64,000 bases of DNA from an uncultured Planctomycetales bacterium (GTDB lineage Bacteria > Planctomycetota > Phycisphaerae > UBA1845 > Fen-1342): assembly GCA_964638325.1 (NCBI GenBank), contig CAZWYT010000004.1:29308-93307 (forward strand), written 5' to 3'. A program made the translations under genes and the position numbers. Positions 1 through 10,443 of the stretch are shown piece by piece. The notes under the pieces were generated by a model. The model made no database searches. It saw only the letters and a program-made list of their open reading frames with translations, and had not been told where the DNA came from. The number at the start of each line of letters is the position of its first letter. The stretch's first letter is position 1.

Positions 1-2
1 CT

Positions 3-1730
3 GACATCTCGGTCACGACGGCCAATGGCGATTTCCTGGCTGCATTCACCTCGCCGCTGTCGGTGCCCAAGGTCCTGCCGCCCACCGCCGCGGAAATCGC
101 CGAGAAGCCGGACGAGCAGCTCACGGTTGAGGAGACGTATCTGCGGGGTCGCAAGTACGACTTGGCGACGAATCGGGCGAAGGCCCGTGAATACTACGAA
201 AAGGCGCTCGCACAAGATCCGGGCTGCGTCCGCGCGCTGTGCGGTTTGGCGGTCCTGGCGGTTGAGGCGGGAGACTACTCCAGCGCAGTGGCGCAATTGG
301 AGCGCGCCCTCGCGCGCGATCCCAGCGACGGGCTGTCGTGGTACTTCCTGGGCGCAAGCGAGTTGAAGCTCGGCGATGAGCCCGAAGCGCTGCGCTGTGC
401 TTACCAGGCAGCCCGATGTTTCGGAACCGTCGCGCTTGGGGATGATCTGGCTGGCCGGGCCTACCTGCGATTGCACGAGCCGGACAGGGCGGTGGAAGCC
501 TTCGCGAACGCCGTGCGCGCCAATCCGCGGGACACCCAAGCGAGAGATCACCTGCTGCTCGCGAAGTACGCGCATGGCGATGCGCAGGCGTGGGACGAGG
601 CCAAGGCGAGGAGTGCTGAAGGCCCCACGGACTTGCTTCCGCGGGCGATTCTGGCCCTGCGGAACGACGACGAGCTGAATCGCTTTGTGCGCGACGTGCG
701 GGGCTTTGTCGGCGAAGTGGATTTTGAGCTGCTCGAAACGAGCCTCGTTCTGGCCGACGTCGGGTTGCACGCTGAAGCAATGCGTGTGCTTGAAGCCGTG
801 TGCGTCAACCCCGTACCGGAGGCCGAGCGGAGCCCGCTGGTGCTCTATCACCTCGCCCGCTGGGCGGCGCTGCTGGGCGACGAGGCTCGTGCAGAGGCGT
901 ACCTCGGGCAGGCGTGCGCCGCGCATAAGGACTACGACTTCGCCTCTGATCCGGACACGGCGCCCGCGCTGGAGTATGCCATCGAGAAGCACCCGGAGGA
1001 TGCGCACGCACATTTTCATCTGGGAAACCTCTGTGCCCACCTCGGCCGGCTCGACGCGGCGGCTGCGCACTGGCAGAAGGGTGCCGAACTGAATCCGTCG
1101 CTGAGCATCGCCTTCCGTAACCTTGGTCTTTACAGTCGCGTCGTGGAGAAAGACCTTCTGAGAGCCGCCGCGCTCTACCAGAAGGCCATTACCGCGCGGC
1201 CCAGCGACCAAACCCTCTATCGCGATCTGGCGGAGGTTCTCAGCGAGGACGGGCGGCGGCCCGAGGCCATCCGCGTGCTCGAGTCCATGCCGGCCGACAA
1301 GCCGCGGCGAGCCGATGCGCTGATTCTGCTCGCGCAGGCCTATCTCGACGAGAAGCGCTTCGATGACGTGATCCATCTGTTCGAGACCACGCAGTACTTC
1401 GTGGCTTGGGAAGGCCAGGCGACCACCTGGGTCATTTTCGGCAAGGCGCATGTGGAACGCGGGCAGGCCCGGCTTGAGGCCGGCGACTTCGCGGCCGCCT
1501 TGCAGGACTTCGACGCTGCGCTGACCTACCCGGAGAACCTGGGCGTCGGCCGCTCGAACAAGCCTGAGGAGGCAACGGCCCTCTATTGGCGGGGAAGAGC
1601 GCTGGAGGCACTGAGTCGGAGCGATGAGGCGCGCGCAGCCTGGAGACAGGGCGCCGCGGGTAGCGAAGGCTCGCCGCAACAGAATGAGTACCGGCAGCGA
1701 TGCAAGGATGCCCTTCACCAGAGCGGCTGA
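3..1730 (+). CDS. TPR repeat-containing protein; 5' partial (open frame continues to window edge, first in-window start codon GTG at 63)
   Basis: 555-aa ORF with repeated 34-aa TPR-like units (AxxYYEKALAxDP..., LERALARDP, WQKGAELNP). Frame is open from nt 3 with no upstream stop, so the gene probably begins before the window. Confidence 0.6.
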   Translation, partial: DISVTTANGDFLAAFTSPLSVPKVLPPTAAEIAEKPDEQLTVEETYLRGRKYDLATNRAKAREYYEKALAQDPGCVRALCGLAVLAVEAGDYSSAVAQLERALARDPSDGLSWYFLGASELKLGDEPEALRCAYQAARCFGTVALGDDLAGRAYLRLHEPDRAVEAFANAVRANPRDTQARDHLLLAKYAHGDAQAWDEAKARSAEGPTDLLPRAILALRNDDELNRFVRDVRGFVGEVDFELLETSLVLADVGLHAEAMRVLEAVCVNPVPEAERSPLVLYHLARWAALLGDEARAEAYLGQACAAHKDYDFASDPDTAPALEYAIEKHPEDAHAHFHLGNLCAHLGRLDAAAAHWQKGAELNPSLSIAFRNLGLYSRVVEKDLLRAAALYQKAITARPSDQTLYRDLAEVLSEDGRRPEAIRVLESMPADKPRRADALILLAQAYLDEKRFDDVIHLFETTQYFVAWEGQATTWVIFGKAHVERGQARLEAGDFAAALQDFDAALTYPENLGVGRSNKPEEATALYWRGRALEALSRSDEARAAWRQGAAGSEGSPQQNEYRQRCKDALHQSG

Positions 1731-1783
1731 ACGCGCTGGGAGCGCCGTCTGAGGCGCCGGCCGGAACCCGCCAAGGAACCGCA

Positions 1784-2062
1784 ATGGACGAGTCACCGCT
1801 GCTTTGCCATCGGTGCGCGATGGAGCTGAAACCCGGGGAAGGCGAATTCTACGTGGTCCGGATCGAAGCCCTCGCCGACCCCACACCGCCGACCATCACG
1901 GAGGCGGATCTGAAGCGCGACATCCTCGGCGAAATCGAGCACCTGCTCGAGGCGCTGCATGGCGTGTCGGAGCAGGAGGCGATGGAGCAGGTATATCGAA
2001 AGCTGACCCTGTGTCTGTGCAACGCCTGCTACCGGGATTGGATTGAGAACCCCACGCGGTGA
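1784..2062 (+). CDS. small CxxC/CxxC zinc-ribbon-like hypothetical protein
   Basis: ATG at 1784 inside ORF 1700..2062. Two Cys pairs (CHRC ... CLCNAC). Protein-like composition, unlike the Arg-rich antisense ORFs. Confidence 0.35.
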   Translation: MDESPLLCHRCAMELKPGEGEFYVVRIEALADPTPPTITEADLKRDILGEIEHLLEALHGVSEQEAMEQVYRKLTLCLCNACYRDWIENPTR

Positions 2063-2176
2063 ATGACCGTGCCGACCCTTGCGTCAGGTTTCGTGACGTG
2101 CGTGCGGCCGAGCAGAACTTGGCACGGGTTGCCCGCGGTCGCGCGAAGGATAGCGAGCTCATGAAAGAGGATTACG

Positions 2177-3427
2177 ATGCCGAGCGCAACGAGCGCCGCG
2201 TCCGCTCAAGACCCTCCCAAGTCACTCTGGCTCGCCGGTGCAGGCCTGCTTGACCCGGTGGATGGTCACGTGCTCCAGGGGCACGACGTACTCGTGTCCG
2301 ACGGGCGCATCGCGCAGGTGGCGCCCATAGCCGAGCTGAAGCCGCCGCCGGATACCGAGCGGCTCGACTTGACCGGCCTGACGCTGCTGCCCGGCCTGAC
2401 GGACCTGCATTCCCACCTGCTTTTGCATCCGTACAGCGAAGCGAGCTGGGACGACCAGATCCTGAGGGAATCGCTCGAGCTCCGCACGATTCAAGCGGTG
2501 GTCGCGGCCCGCGTCACGCTGGACGCGGGGTTCACGACACTCCGAGATCTGGGCACCGAAGGCGCGGGCTTCGCTGACGTGGCCCTGCGCGACACCATCA
2601 CGCGCGGCACCGTGCCGGGGCCACGGCTTTTCGTCGCCACACGCGCCATCGTCGCGACCGGCTGCTACGGCCCGGCGGGTTTCGATCCGCGCTGGGACGT
2701 GCCAAAAGGCGCCCAGGTCGCCGATGGCGCGGACGGGGTGCGTCGGGCAGTGCGGGAGCAAATCGCCGCCGGGGCGGACTGGGTCAAGCTGTACGCGGAT
2801 TACCGCCGGCGCCCGGGCGATCCGGCGACGTCGACGTTCGCGCAGGACGAGCTGAACGCGGCCGTCGCGGAGGCCCGCAGCGCCGGGCGTCCAGTTGCGG
2901 TACACGCCGCCACGGACGAGGGTATTCGGCGTTCGGTCCTGGCCGGCGTGAACACGATTGAGCATGGCTACTACGTGTCCGCGGAAGTACTGGCCCAGAT
3001 GCGCGAGTGCGGCGTCGCGCTCTGCCCGACGCTGGCCGCTTCTGAAGCGCTGGCCCGCTACGAGGGTTGGACAGAGGGCCTGCCGGAGCCGCCACGGATT
3101 CAGCGGGCGCGGCAGATGTTCGCGCGGGCGCTGCAATCCGGCGTGACGATCGCTTGCGGTAGCGACGTGGGGGTGTTTGCCCATGGTGACAATGCGCGCG
3201 AGCTGGAATTGATGCGTGCGTACGGCATGACGGCGATCGACGTGCTGCGGTCGGCCACCAGCATCGCGGCGCGCATCCTTGGGCGGGAGAACGACCTGGG
3301 GCGCATTGCCGCCGCGTACATCGCCGACCTGATCGCCGTCCGCGGGGATCCGCTCCAGGACCTGGGGGTGCTGCGAAAGCCGGCTGTCGTTCTGAAAGAG
3401 GGACATATCGTCGTAGACCGGCACTGA
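2177..3427 (+). CDS. amidohydrolase family metal-dependent hydrolase (imidazolonepropionase/Xaa-Pro dipeptidase-like)
   Basis: 416 aa. Motifs LLPGLTDLHSHLL (metal-binding H-x-H), VAVHAATDEG, GSDVGVFAHGDN are typical of the amidohydrolase superfamily TIM barrel. Confidence 0.7.
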   Translation: MPSATSAASAQDPPKSLWLAGAGLLDPVDGHVLQGHDVLVSDGRIAQVAPIAELKPPPDTERLDLTGLTLLPGLTDLHSHLLLHPYSEASWDDQILRESLELRTIQAVVAARVTLDAGFTTLRDLGTEGAGFADVALRDTITRGTVPGPRLFVATRAIVATGCYGPAGFDPRWDVPKGAQVADGADGVRRAVREQIAAGADWVKLYADYRRRPGDPATSTFAQDELNAAVAEARSAGRPVAVHAATDEGIRRSVLAGVNTIEHGYYVSAEVLAQMRECGVALCPTLAASEALARYEGWTEGLPEPPRIQRARQMFARALQSGVTIACGSDVGVFAHGDNARELELMRAYGMTAIDVLRSATSIAARILGRENDLGRIAAAYIADLIAVRGDPLQDLGVLRKPAVVLKEGHIVVDRH

Positions 3428-3587
3428 GCAGTATTCCTCTTCAGGCTCAGGGCCGTTCATCCGCGTGCCGATCGCCAGCCCGCCCGCGCGATTCAGGCAC
3501 AGGCAACAGCGACGGCGTCACCGTCGCCGGGCAGAGACAGGGAACGAGCAACCGGGCGCACCCGTGGGCAGCGCTCAAGATGAGCGT

Positions 3588-4421
3588 TTACGGGGATCTT
3601 ACTGCGCCTGGCGCGCCGGATTCCTCCCTAGGCCCGAGGGCTGCGCGGAGCTGCCGGCAGCTTTCCGGCCCGTGGCCGGCGTAATGGTTGTTGACGAAAA
3701 CGAGCAACCTGGTTCGCCGGGCGATTCTCCGCAACGCGCCGGCGATCCGCTGCAGGTCATCACCGCGGTCGAGAACGATCTTGCCCCAAGTCGTGGTAAT
3801 CTTCTCGATCCCCTCCCGATCGCCGATCAGCCGGACATAAGCATACGACCCGGTCGCCACATCGTGCTGCTCGATCAGCGCGTCGATCGGCGGTAACCAG
3901 GCGTGTTCCACGAGCGCGGCGGCGACGTTGTGCGCGCGCAACAGGGAGAAGTAGTCCTGGGTCAGCCAGTTCCGATTGCGAATCTCGCAGGCCAGCGGCA
4001 GCCGGGCGGCATACTGGCCGAAAAACGCCGCCAGTCGCTCGAAAAACGGCCTGGACCCTGCAAAGGCCGTGCGATTGAAGTAACCGAACTGGAGCAGCAC
4101 GGATTTGAGTTTCGCGCCGAGCAGACCGAAGGTCGGCACGAGCTCCTCCATTTCGGCCGCGCAGTCGTACAGCACCTTGTCGTGCGTGATCGCGCGGGGC
4201 ATCTTGAGGGCGAAATCGAAGTGCGCCGGCGTGCGGGCCGCCCAACCCGCCACCATCCGCGCCGTGGGCGGGCGGTAGAACGTGCTGTCCACCTCAACCA
4301 CGTTGAAGTGCTCGGAATAGCACGCCAGGTAATCCCCCGGCTCCGTCCCGCTGGGATAGAAAGGGCCGACCCAGTCGTCGTACGACCACCCCGCAGTACC
4401 GATGTTTATCCTGTCTGCCAT
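3588..4421 (-). CDS. DUF72 (UPF0759) family protein
   Basis: MADRINIGTAGWSYDDWVGPFYP...FYRPP is the characteristic N-terminus of the DUF72 family. Start chosen at internal ATG (4421) rather than ORF start 4481. Confidence 0.6.
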   Translation of the reverse strand: MADRINIGTAGWSYDDWVGPFYPSGTEPGDYLACYSEHFNVVEVDSTFYRPPTARMVAGWAARTPAHFDFALKMPRAITHDKVLYDCAAEMEELVPTFGLLGAKLKSVLLQFGYFNRTAFAGSRPFFERLAAFFGQYAARLPLACEIRNRNWLTQDYFSLLRAHNVAAALVEHAWLPPIDALIEQHDVATGSYAYVRLIGDREGIEKITTTWGKIVLDRGDDLQRIAGALRRIARRTRLLVFVNNHYAGHGPESCRQLRAALGPREESGAPGAVRSP

Positions 4422-4766
4422 AGCCGCACCAGAATGCGCGAACACAGCGACCAGGGCCGTGCCCCGGATAGGGACCAGCAAAGCTCACGCCATACCCGGC
4501 GGCCACCTACTGCAGCAGGCGGACCGGGACGACGAGCCGAAAGGCGCGGCAGCAGAGGAGGACGGCGCGCTGAATCGACAAGACGCCGAGGGGCGACGGC
4601 CTCTTTCCGCAAAAGACGTCGTCGGTGCCGAGCCTATCGTCACGATGATAGGCGCGAGTGGCCGGAGGCGGCTGTGCGGGAATGCGCTCGCGGCCCGGCG
4701 TGCGACCGACTCCACGCGTTTCGGCAGGGGGGTCGGTCCCTCGCCGGGCTTGGTGCGGAGCGGCGC

Positions 4767-7046
4767 CTACCCGCCGCCGCTGAGCAGGGCGACAAACGGG
4801 TTGATATCGCCGAACGAGCCTTGCCCGTACGTGCCGTCGCCGTTGATGTCGCCGTTCTGGGGCGGACAGCCGGGATATGCGGCCTGCCAGGCGGGAGCGT
4901 CGGAAAGAAGCAGCACGAACGGATTGATGTCGCCAAAGTCCACCGTGCCGTCGCAGTTCATATCGCCGGTGAGCGTGACGTAGAACGTCGCGACCGCGCT
5001 GCCGCCGGGCAGACCGTCGCCGCTGGGCAGCGGATCGGGGCTGTCGGGCTTGACCAGTTCGCCGTCGAGCGGCAGGCCCCCGCTGTCCACGATCGACTCG
5101 TGAACGGTGAGGGTGTACGTATCGGTGCCGAGCGCCGCCTGGGGCGTGAGGTCGGCGGCGTGGCGGACACTGTCATACGAGAACGCAAACGGCACGGCGC
5201 CGCCGCGCTGTCCGACCAGCTCAAAGTCGCCGGCGTCCGCTACAACGCCCTTGTGAAAGACGACCTCCAGGGCGGCCGGCTGCTGCGGAAGCGGCACCAC
5301 CGCGCGCGGGGCCGGGTTCATCGTGACGATTTTCGGCGGGCCCTGGACAAAGCTCACCGGGCTGGCGGCGGTCGAAAGGATCCAGGGCTTGGGGTCAAGA
5401 TTGATGCTCGTCACGGTGGGGCCTTCGACCTGGAAGAGCAGGTTCTCGATGCGGGCATCGTTCCACACGGTGTGCGTATGCGCACCCTGGGCATCGTTGG
5501 TCACGATGTCGATCGGCATCGTGAAAACCGGGTACGAAACGGATTGCGTCTGCTTAACGTACAGCTCGACATAGCGCACCCCATCGATGAGATACTGGGT
5601 CCAGCCGTACTGGTATGCGGGTGCGCCCCCGGCGTAGACCCACTCGTCGAAGAACCATTGCAGGTCGCGACCGGAGACGGTCTCGGCGACCTGCCGCAAC
5701 TGATCGGTCGTAGCGGAATTGCCCTGGTAGGCAGCGCGGTAGGCGGCAAGGGTGTCGAAGAACTCCGTGTCGCCCAGGACATGCCGGAACATGTGCAGCA
5801 CCCAGCCACCCTTCAGGTAGGAGAGGTTGTAGTCGAAGATACGGTTTACGTCGCTGATGTCATAGCAGTACACCGTGCCGCTGACATCCCAGGGCCGTCG
5901 GGACGCCATCGCGGCGTGCAGGGCGGCCTCGCTGCCGCCGGGCTCGTACTGGTACCAAAGGGCTTCGCAGTACGTGGCGAAGCCCTCGTTAAGCCAGATG
6001 TCCATCCAGGTCGCGCAGGTGACGTTGTCGCCCCACCACTGGTGGGACAGTTCGTGGACGATTCCATCTTCCCAATCGAAGTAGCCGCCAATGCTCGTGA
6101 GCGTCTGGTGCTCCATGCCGCCGCCCCAGCCGAACTCGAGCATGCCGTACTTCTCCTGGACAAACGGGTAGAGGCCAAACAAGTCGCTGAAGGTCGTCAG
6201 GGGGCCGGCGATGCTCAGCCAGAATTGCCGGTTCTGGGTGGAGTCGTCCTCGGGGTAGATGAAGAATTTCAGCGGCATTACGTGGCCCTGGTAGGTCCAA
6301 AGCGCGCCGAACTGGTGGAAGTTCGTGGCCCCAATAGAGTACAGATAGTCGTCGGTCTGATACGTTGTTTTCCAGCGGTAGCGCAGCTTGCCCACGCCGA
6401 TGTTGTCGGTCCCTTGCAGCGCCCCATTGGAGCCTACGACCATGGTGTTGGGTACCGTGAACCACAGGTCCGCGGTGGTCTTGTCCTCGAGATCATCCTT
6501 GGCCGGCCACCAGGTGTAGGCGAACCACGGCTCGCTCAGGGTGTACACCTCCCGTGCCCCATTGCGGATACGGAACGTGATCCCGCCCAATCCGCCGCTC
6601 TGCGGCTGGCCGTTGTAGGCCACGTACAACTCGAACTGCTCGCCGGTGTTGTAAGGACGGTCGAGTGTGACCTGCACGGCGGGATAATCTACGCGGACCC
6701 AGTCGACCGGCGCTCCACCGACCTGCACGTCGGTGATGGTGAAGGTCGTGTCCAGGCGGAAGTGGAAGAGCGTCAGGTTATCGACCAGGCTCTGCACGGT
6801 CATCGTGTTCGACCCGCCGATCCAGGCCGTGACCGGGTTGATCTCGATGTCGAGCTGGTAGTGCAGCACGTCGGTGTCGGTGCTGAAGTCGTCCACGGGC
6901 GGTCCCGCATCACGGCCCTGGGCGCGCAGGATCGCCGCCACTTGGGCCTTGGCACGTGCGCAGCCCCTCGGTTGGACGGGGAGTTGCTGGGCCACGAGAA
7001 CGACCGGTGCTGCGGCCAGGACAATCAGAACCAGCAGGTTACGCAT
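4767..7046 (-). CDS. secreted M1-family zinc aminopeptidase (aminopeptidase N-like) with C-terminal tandem dockerin-like repeat
   Basis: Signal peptide MRNLLVLIVLAAAPVVLVAQ. HELSHQWWGDNVTCATWMDIWLNEGFATY is the HEXXH-(18)-E gluzincin motif of M1 peptidases. C-terminus DMNCDGTVDFGDINPFVLLLS...DINGDGT...FGDINPFVALLSGGG*. Confidence 0.8.
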   Translation of the reverse strand: MRNLLVLIVLAAAPVVLVAQQLPVQPRGCARAKAQVAAILRAQGRDAGPPVDDFSTDTDVLHYQLDIEINPVTAWIGGSNTMTVQSLVDNLTLFHFRLDTTFTITDVQVGGAPVDWVRVDYPAVQVTLDRPYNTGEQFELYVAYNGQPQSGGLGGITFRIRNGAREVYTLSEPWFAYTWWPAKDDLEDKTTADLWFTVPNTMVVGSNGALQGTDNIGVGKLRYRWKTTYQTDDYLYSIGATNFHQFGALWTYQGHVMPLKFFIYPEDDSTQNRQFWLSIAGPLTTFSDLFGLYPFVQEKYGMLEFGWGGGMEHQTLTSIGGYFDWEDGIVHELSHQWWGDNVTCATWMDIWLNEGFATYCEALWYQYEPGGSEAALHAAMASRRPWDVSGTVYCYDISDVNRIFDYNLSYLKGGWVLHMFRHVLGDTEFFDTLAAYRAAYQGNSATTDQLRQVAETVSGRDLQWFFDEWVYAGGAPAYQYGWTQYLIDGVRYVELYVKQTQSVSYPVFTMPIDIVTNDAQGAHTHTVWNDARIENLLFQVEGPTVTSINLDPKPWILSTAASPVSFVQGPPKIVTMNPAPRAVVPLPQQPAALEVVFHKGVVADAGDFELVGQRGGAVPFAFSYDSVRHAADLTPQAALGTDTYTLTVHESIVDSGGLPLDGELVKPDSPDPLPSGDGLPGGSAVATFYVTLTGDMNCDGTVDFGDINPFVLLLSDAPAWQAAYPGCPPQNGDINGDGTYGQGSFGDINPFVALLSGGG

Positions 7047-7382
7047 GAGAGACTCCTCTTTCACCTTCCAAACCAGCCTACCCAATCATACGCCTCCGTT
7101 TCAAGCCGAAATGGGACGATGACCCGAAAAGCCCGTCGGCGGCCCACGCCGCGCCGGGATGGCGGCGGTCTCCCGCGCCCCCATCGGGCCGCGACGCGCG
7201 CCGGCAGACGCTGTCGCTACGGCTGCACGCTGCGCTCTGGCCGCAGCGCTGGATGGTGGCCCCCCTTGGCATCACCGGACAGGGGCAACGCGGCCCTTGG
7301 GCGATGCGCCGCGGCGCGGTATACTTTACAGTGATGTCTGGGATGGCTTTAGCGGCGCGGGGGTGATCGAGCGACGGCCTAG

Positions 7383-10300
7383 GTGCGCTCACCAGGAGCA
7401 TGTGTGATGGGACACGGGTTCAGGTCCGCCCTGTTGGTCGGTGCGCTGCTCGCCGCCGGCGTCGCGCGCGGCGACCGCCTCATTGTGGCGACCACGGGGA
7501 ATGAGGATTTTGCCGGCATTCAGGGATTCTGCGATTGCCTGGCTGGGCCGGATGTGTCGGTCTCGCCCACCTGCCAAGATCGCTATGACCAGGACGTCGA
7601 TGGGGACGTCGACCTGATCGACCTGGCCCTATGGCAAGCCGGGTACGCCGGCATGGACGTGGTGGAGGCGCAGCTCGCCGGCAACGCGCTCACCGTGTAC
7701 CCGTTCTTCGAGTATGTCACGGCGTTCAACGTTAACGCGCCCGTCAAGGTGGGGCTGGATCCGACGCGGTACCCGGAGCTGGTGGGCGTGACGGCCGATC
7801 TGTACGTGGTCGCGGACAAGACCGAGGAGCAGTGGAACGCGGATCCGACGTTGACCGACGTGCGTGTCGACGGGCCGCAGGTCGTGACGTTCGGCGGCAC
7901 GACGATTCAGCAGAACACGTTCCAGGTCGCGGAGGCCAACGAGCTTGACGCGGACGCCGGCACCGGGCTCGGCGTCGGCTATGACGTCGTGATCGACGCG
8001 AACCGCAATGCCTTGTTGGACGACGGCGACTACATCGACGGCTATCGCCAAGTCGCGGGCTTCTACGTGGTGGCGGACACGGTCGCGCTGGGACCGCTCG
8101 TAACGACCGCGATCCAGTACAGCGGCGGCTCCTGGCTGGGCCAGAGGACGTGGTATCCCACCGACATTGCCGCGCTGGGGCAGTTGCCGCTGGTCGTCAT
8201 CAGCCACGGCAACGGCCACAATTACACCTGGTACGACTACCTGCAGCAGCATCTGGCCTCGTATGGCTACATCGTGATGAGCCATGAGAACAATACGGGA
8301 CCGGGGATCGAGACGGCCTCGACGACGACCCTGACCAACACCGACTACTTCCTCGGTCACCTGGCCACGATCGGCAACGGGGTATTCAACGGCCACGTCG
8401 ACGTGCACAAGATCATGTGGATCGGCCACAGCCGCGGGGGGGAGGGGGTCGTCCGCGCCTACGACCGCCTCTACGACGGTTACACGCCGGCGAATTACAC
8501 GCTGGATGACGTGATCCTCGTCAGCAGCATCGCGCCAACAGACTTCCTCGGCCCGGAGCAGAGCAACCCGCACCAGGTGGACTATCACCTGATCTATGGG
8601 GCGGCGGACGGGGACGTGGGCGGCTACCCGGACAACGACATTGCCGACTCGTTCAACGTCTACGAGCGGGCCCAGGGTTTTCGCCAGTCCACGTACGTGC
8701 ACGGGGCCGATCACAACGACTTCAATTGCTGCGGCGACGATGACTTTAGCGGCCCGCCGGGCACGGCCATCGGCCGGCCGGAGGCGCAGCGCGTCGCGAA
8801 GGCCGTGTACCTCGCGCTGGTGAAGCACTACGTCGAGGGCAACGTGCCGGCGAAGGATTTCCTGTGGCGGCAATACGAGGACCTCCGGCCGATCGGTGTC
8901 GCGGCCATGGATACCGTTGACCTGGAGTACAAGGAAGGCACGGGCAGCTTCTTCGTCGACGATTTTCAGACGCAGAGCGCGCTGGGGATCAGCAGTTCGG
9001 GCGGGGCGGTCATGTACAGCGTGCAGAACCCGTACGAAGGGTTGATGAACGACACGGACGGGAGTTTTGCCTGGTCCGCGTCGGATCCGATGAACGGCAT
9101 GACCCGCGCGCGCACCAACGACACGACCAAAGGGCTCGTATTCGACTGGACGTTCCTCGGCGCGCGGTTTCTGGAGTTTGAGGTCGTGCCGGCGGCGCGC
9201 GACGTGTCCAGCTACGAGTACCTCTCGTTCCGCGCCTGCCAGCAGACGCGCCACCCCGAGACGACCAGCGAGCTCGGAGACCTGACGTTCACGGTGAGCC
9301 TACGGGATGCGGACGGCACCTTAAGCTCGATCAACATCGGCGCCTACGGCGGCGGCCTCGAGGAGCCGTATCAGCGGACCGGGTATGGGACCGGGGCCGG
9401 CTGGCAGAATGAGTTCGAGACGATCCGCGTCCGGCTCGGCGATTTCCTACGGAATGGTGCGGCACTGGATTTGACGAACATCGTCGCGGTGCGGTTTAGC
9501 TTCGGGGGCGGGGCCGGCTCATCGCGCGGGCGAATCGGGTTTGACGATCTGCAATTCAGCAAGGATCCGAATCCGGGCGGGCTGACCATCCGACCGATCA
9601 GCGTTCCAGACCATATCCCGCCAGGCCAACCGACGCCTGTCCAAGTCAAGATCCGCGGACGAAGCGAGACCTATGTGCCGGACACGGGCCGGCTCCATTT
9701 CCGCTACGACGACGGCGCGTACAACACCGTGCCGCTGGTACCGGTCGGGCAGGACGTGTACGCCGCGATTCTGCCGGCGCCCGCGTGTAGTGACCAGCCG
9801 CAGTTCTACTTCACTGCCGAAGGCAGCGAGAGCGGACTGATCGCGGACCCGCCGGCTGCCCCGGCGAGCGTGTACCTGGTTGCCGTGGGCGAGTGGGTGA
9901 GCTTCTTCGAGCAGTTGATGAACGCCGACCCCGGCTGGGCCATCTCGGGCGGATTGTGGGCCTTCGGACAGCCGACGGGCGGCGGCGGGCAGCACGGCGG
10001 CCCCGACCCGACCAGCGGCTGCACCGGCCCCAGCGTGTACGGATACAACCTGAACGGCGACTACGAGCCGAACATGCCGGAACGCCATCTGACGACGCCC
10101 GCCATCGATTGCACAGGTCTCACGGGCGTGCGGCTGTCCTTCTGGCGGTGGCTCGGCGTCGAGCAACCGGCGTATGACCACGCGCGGCTGCGGATCAGCA
10201 CGGACGGCAGCACGTGGACGATGGTCTGGGAGAATGGAAGCGAGGTCGCGGACACGGCCTGGACGTTCCAGGCGTTCGATATCTCAAGCATTGCCGACGA

Positions 10301-10415
10301 CCAGCCCACCGTCTACGTGCGCTGGACCATGGGAACGACCGACGAATCCTGGGAATACTGTGGCTGGAACATCGATGACGTACATCTGTCGATGTTTGAG
10401 TGCAACGAAGACTAA
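7383..10415 (+). CDS. secreted alpha/beta-hydrolase (lipase/PAF-acetylhydrolase-like) with N-terminal CLAGP/acidic-repeat module and C-terminal MAM/lectin-like domain
   Basis: Signal peptide. GHSRGGEG nucleophile elbow (GxSxG) preceded by HGNGHNYTWY. N-terminus CDCLAGPDVSVSPTC...DVDGDVDLIDLALWQAGYAG. C-terminal ~170 aa rich in W/G (TDGSTWTMVWENG...) resembles MAM-type domains. Alternative start at 7407. Confidence 0.6.
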   Translation: MRSPGACVMGHGFRSALLVGALLAAGVARGDRLIVATTGNEDFAGIQGFCDCLAGPDVSVSPTCQDRYDQDVDGDVDLIDLALWQAGYAGMDVVEAQLAGNALTVYPFFEYVTAFNVNAPVKVGLDPTRYPELVGVTADLYVVADKTEEQWNADPTLTDVRVDGPQVVTFGGTTIQQNTFQVAEANELDADAGTGLGVGYDVVIDANRNALLDDGDYIDGYRQVAGFYVVADTVALGPLVTTAIQYSGGSWLGQRTWYPTDIAALGQLPLVVISHGNGHNYTWYDYLQQHLASYGYIVMSHENNTGPGIETASTTTLTNTDYFLGHLATIGNGVFNGHVDVHKIMWIGHSRGGEGVVRAYDRLYDGYTPANYTLDDVILVSSIAPTDFLGPEQSNPHQVDYHLIYGAADGDVGGYPDNDIADSFNVYERAQGFRQSTYVHGADHNDFNCCGDDDFSGPPGTAIGRPEAQRVAKAVYLALVKHYVEGNVPAKDFLWRQYEDLRPIGVAAMDTVDLEYKEGTGSFFVDDFQTQSALGISSSGGAVMYSVQNPYEGLMNDTDGSFAWSASDPMNGMTRARTNDTTKGLVFDWTFLGARFLEFEVVPAARDVSSYEYLSFRACQQTRHPETTSELGDLTFTVSLRDADGTLSSINIGAYGGGLEEPYQRTGYGTGAGWQNEFETIRVRLGDFLRNGAALDLTNIVAVRFSFGGGAGSSRGRIGFDDLQFSKDPNPGGLTIRPISVPDHIPPGQPTPVQVKIRGRSETYVPDTGRLHFRYDDGAYNTVPLVPVGQDVYAAILPAPACSDQPQFYFTAEGSESGLIADPPAAPASVYLVAVGEWVSFFEQLMNADPGWAISGGLWAFGQPTGGGGQHGGPDPTSGCTGPSVYGYNLNGDYEPNMPERHLTTPAIDCTGLTGVRLSFWRWLGVEQPAYDHARLRISTDGSTWTMVWENGSEVADTAWTFQAFDISSIADDQPTVYVRWTMGTTDESWEYCGWNIDDVHLSMFECNED

Positions 10416-10443
10416 CCCTCTACGCGTGAAAGGTCGGCACGAT

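Noticed and set aside
25-366. 113-aa ORF at window start
   Set aside because: Out of frame with the TPR gene, which is open from the window edge. Arg/Ser-rich.
2222-3460. 412-aa ORF on - strand
   Set aside because: Antisense to the amidohydrolase gene. Arg/Pro/Gly-rich, no domain signatures.
3903-7334. 1143-aa ORF on + strand
   Set aside because: Lies entirely antisense to the M1 aminopeptidase and DUF72 genes. Extremely Arg/Gly/Ala-rich with no motifs. Typical shadow ORF of GC-rich DNA.
7629-9254. 541-aa ORF on - strand
   Set aside because: Antisense to the alpha/beta hydrolase gene. Arg/Val/Asp-rich shadow ORF.
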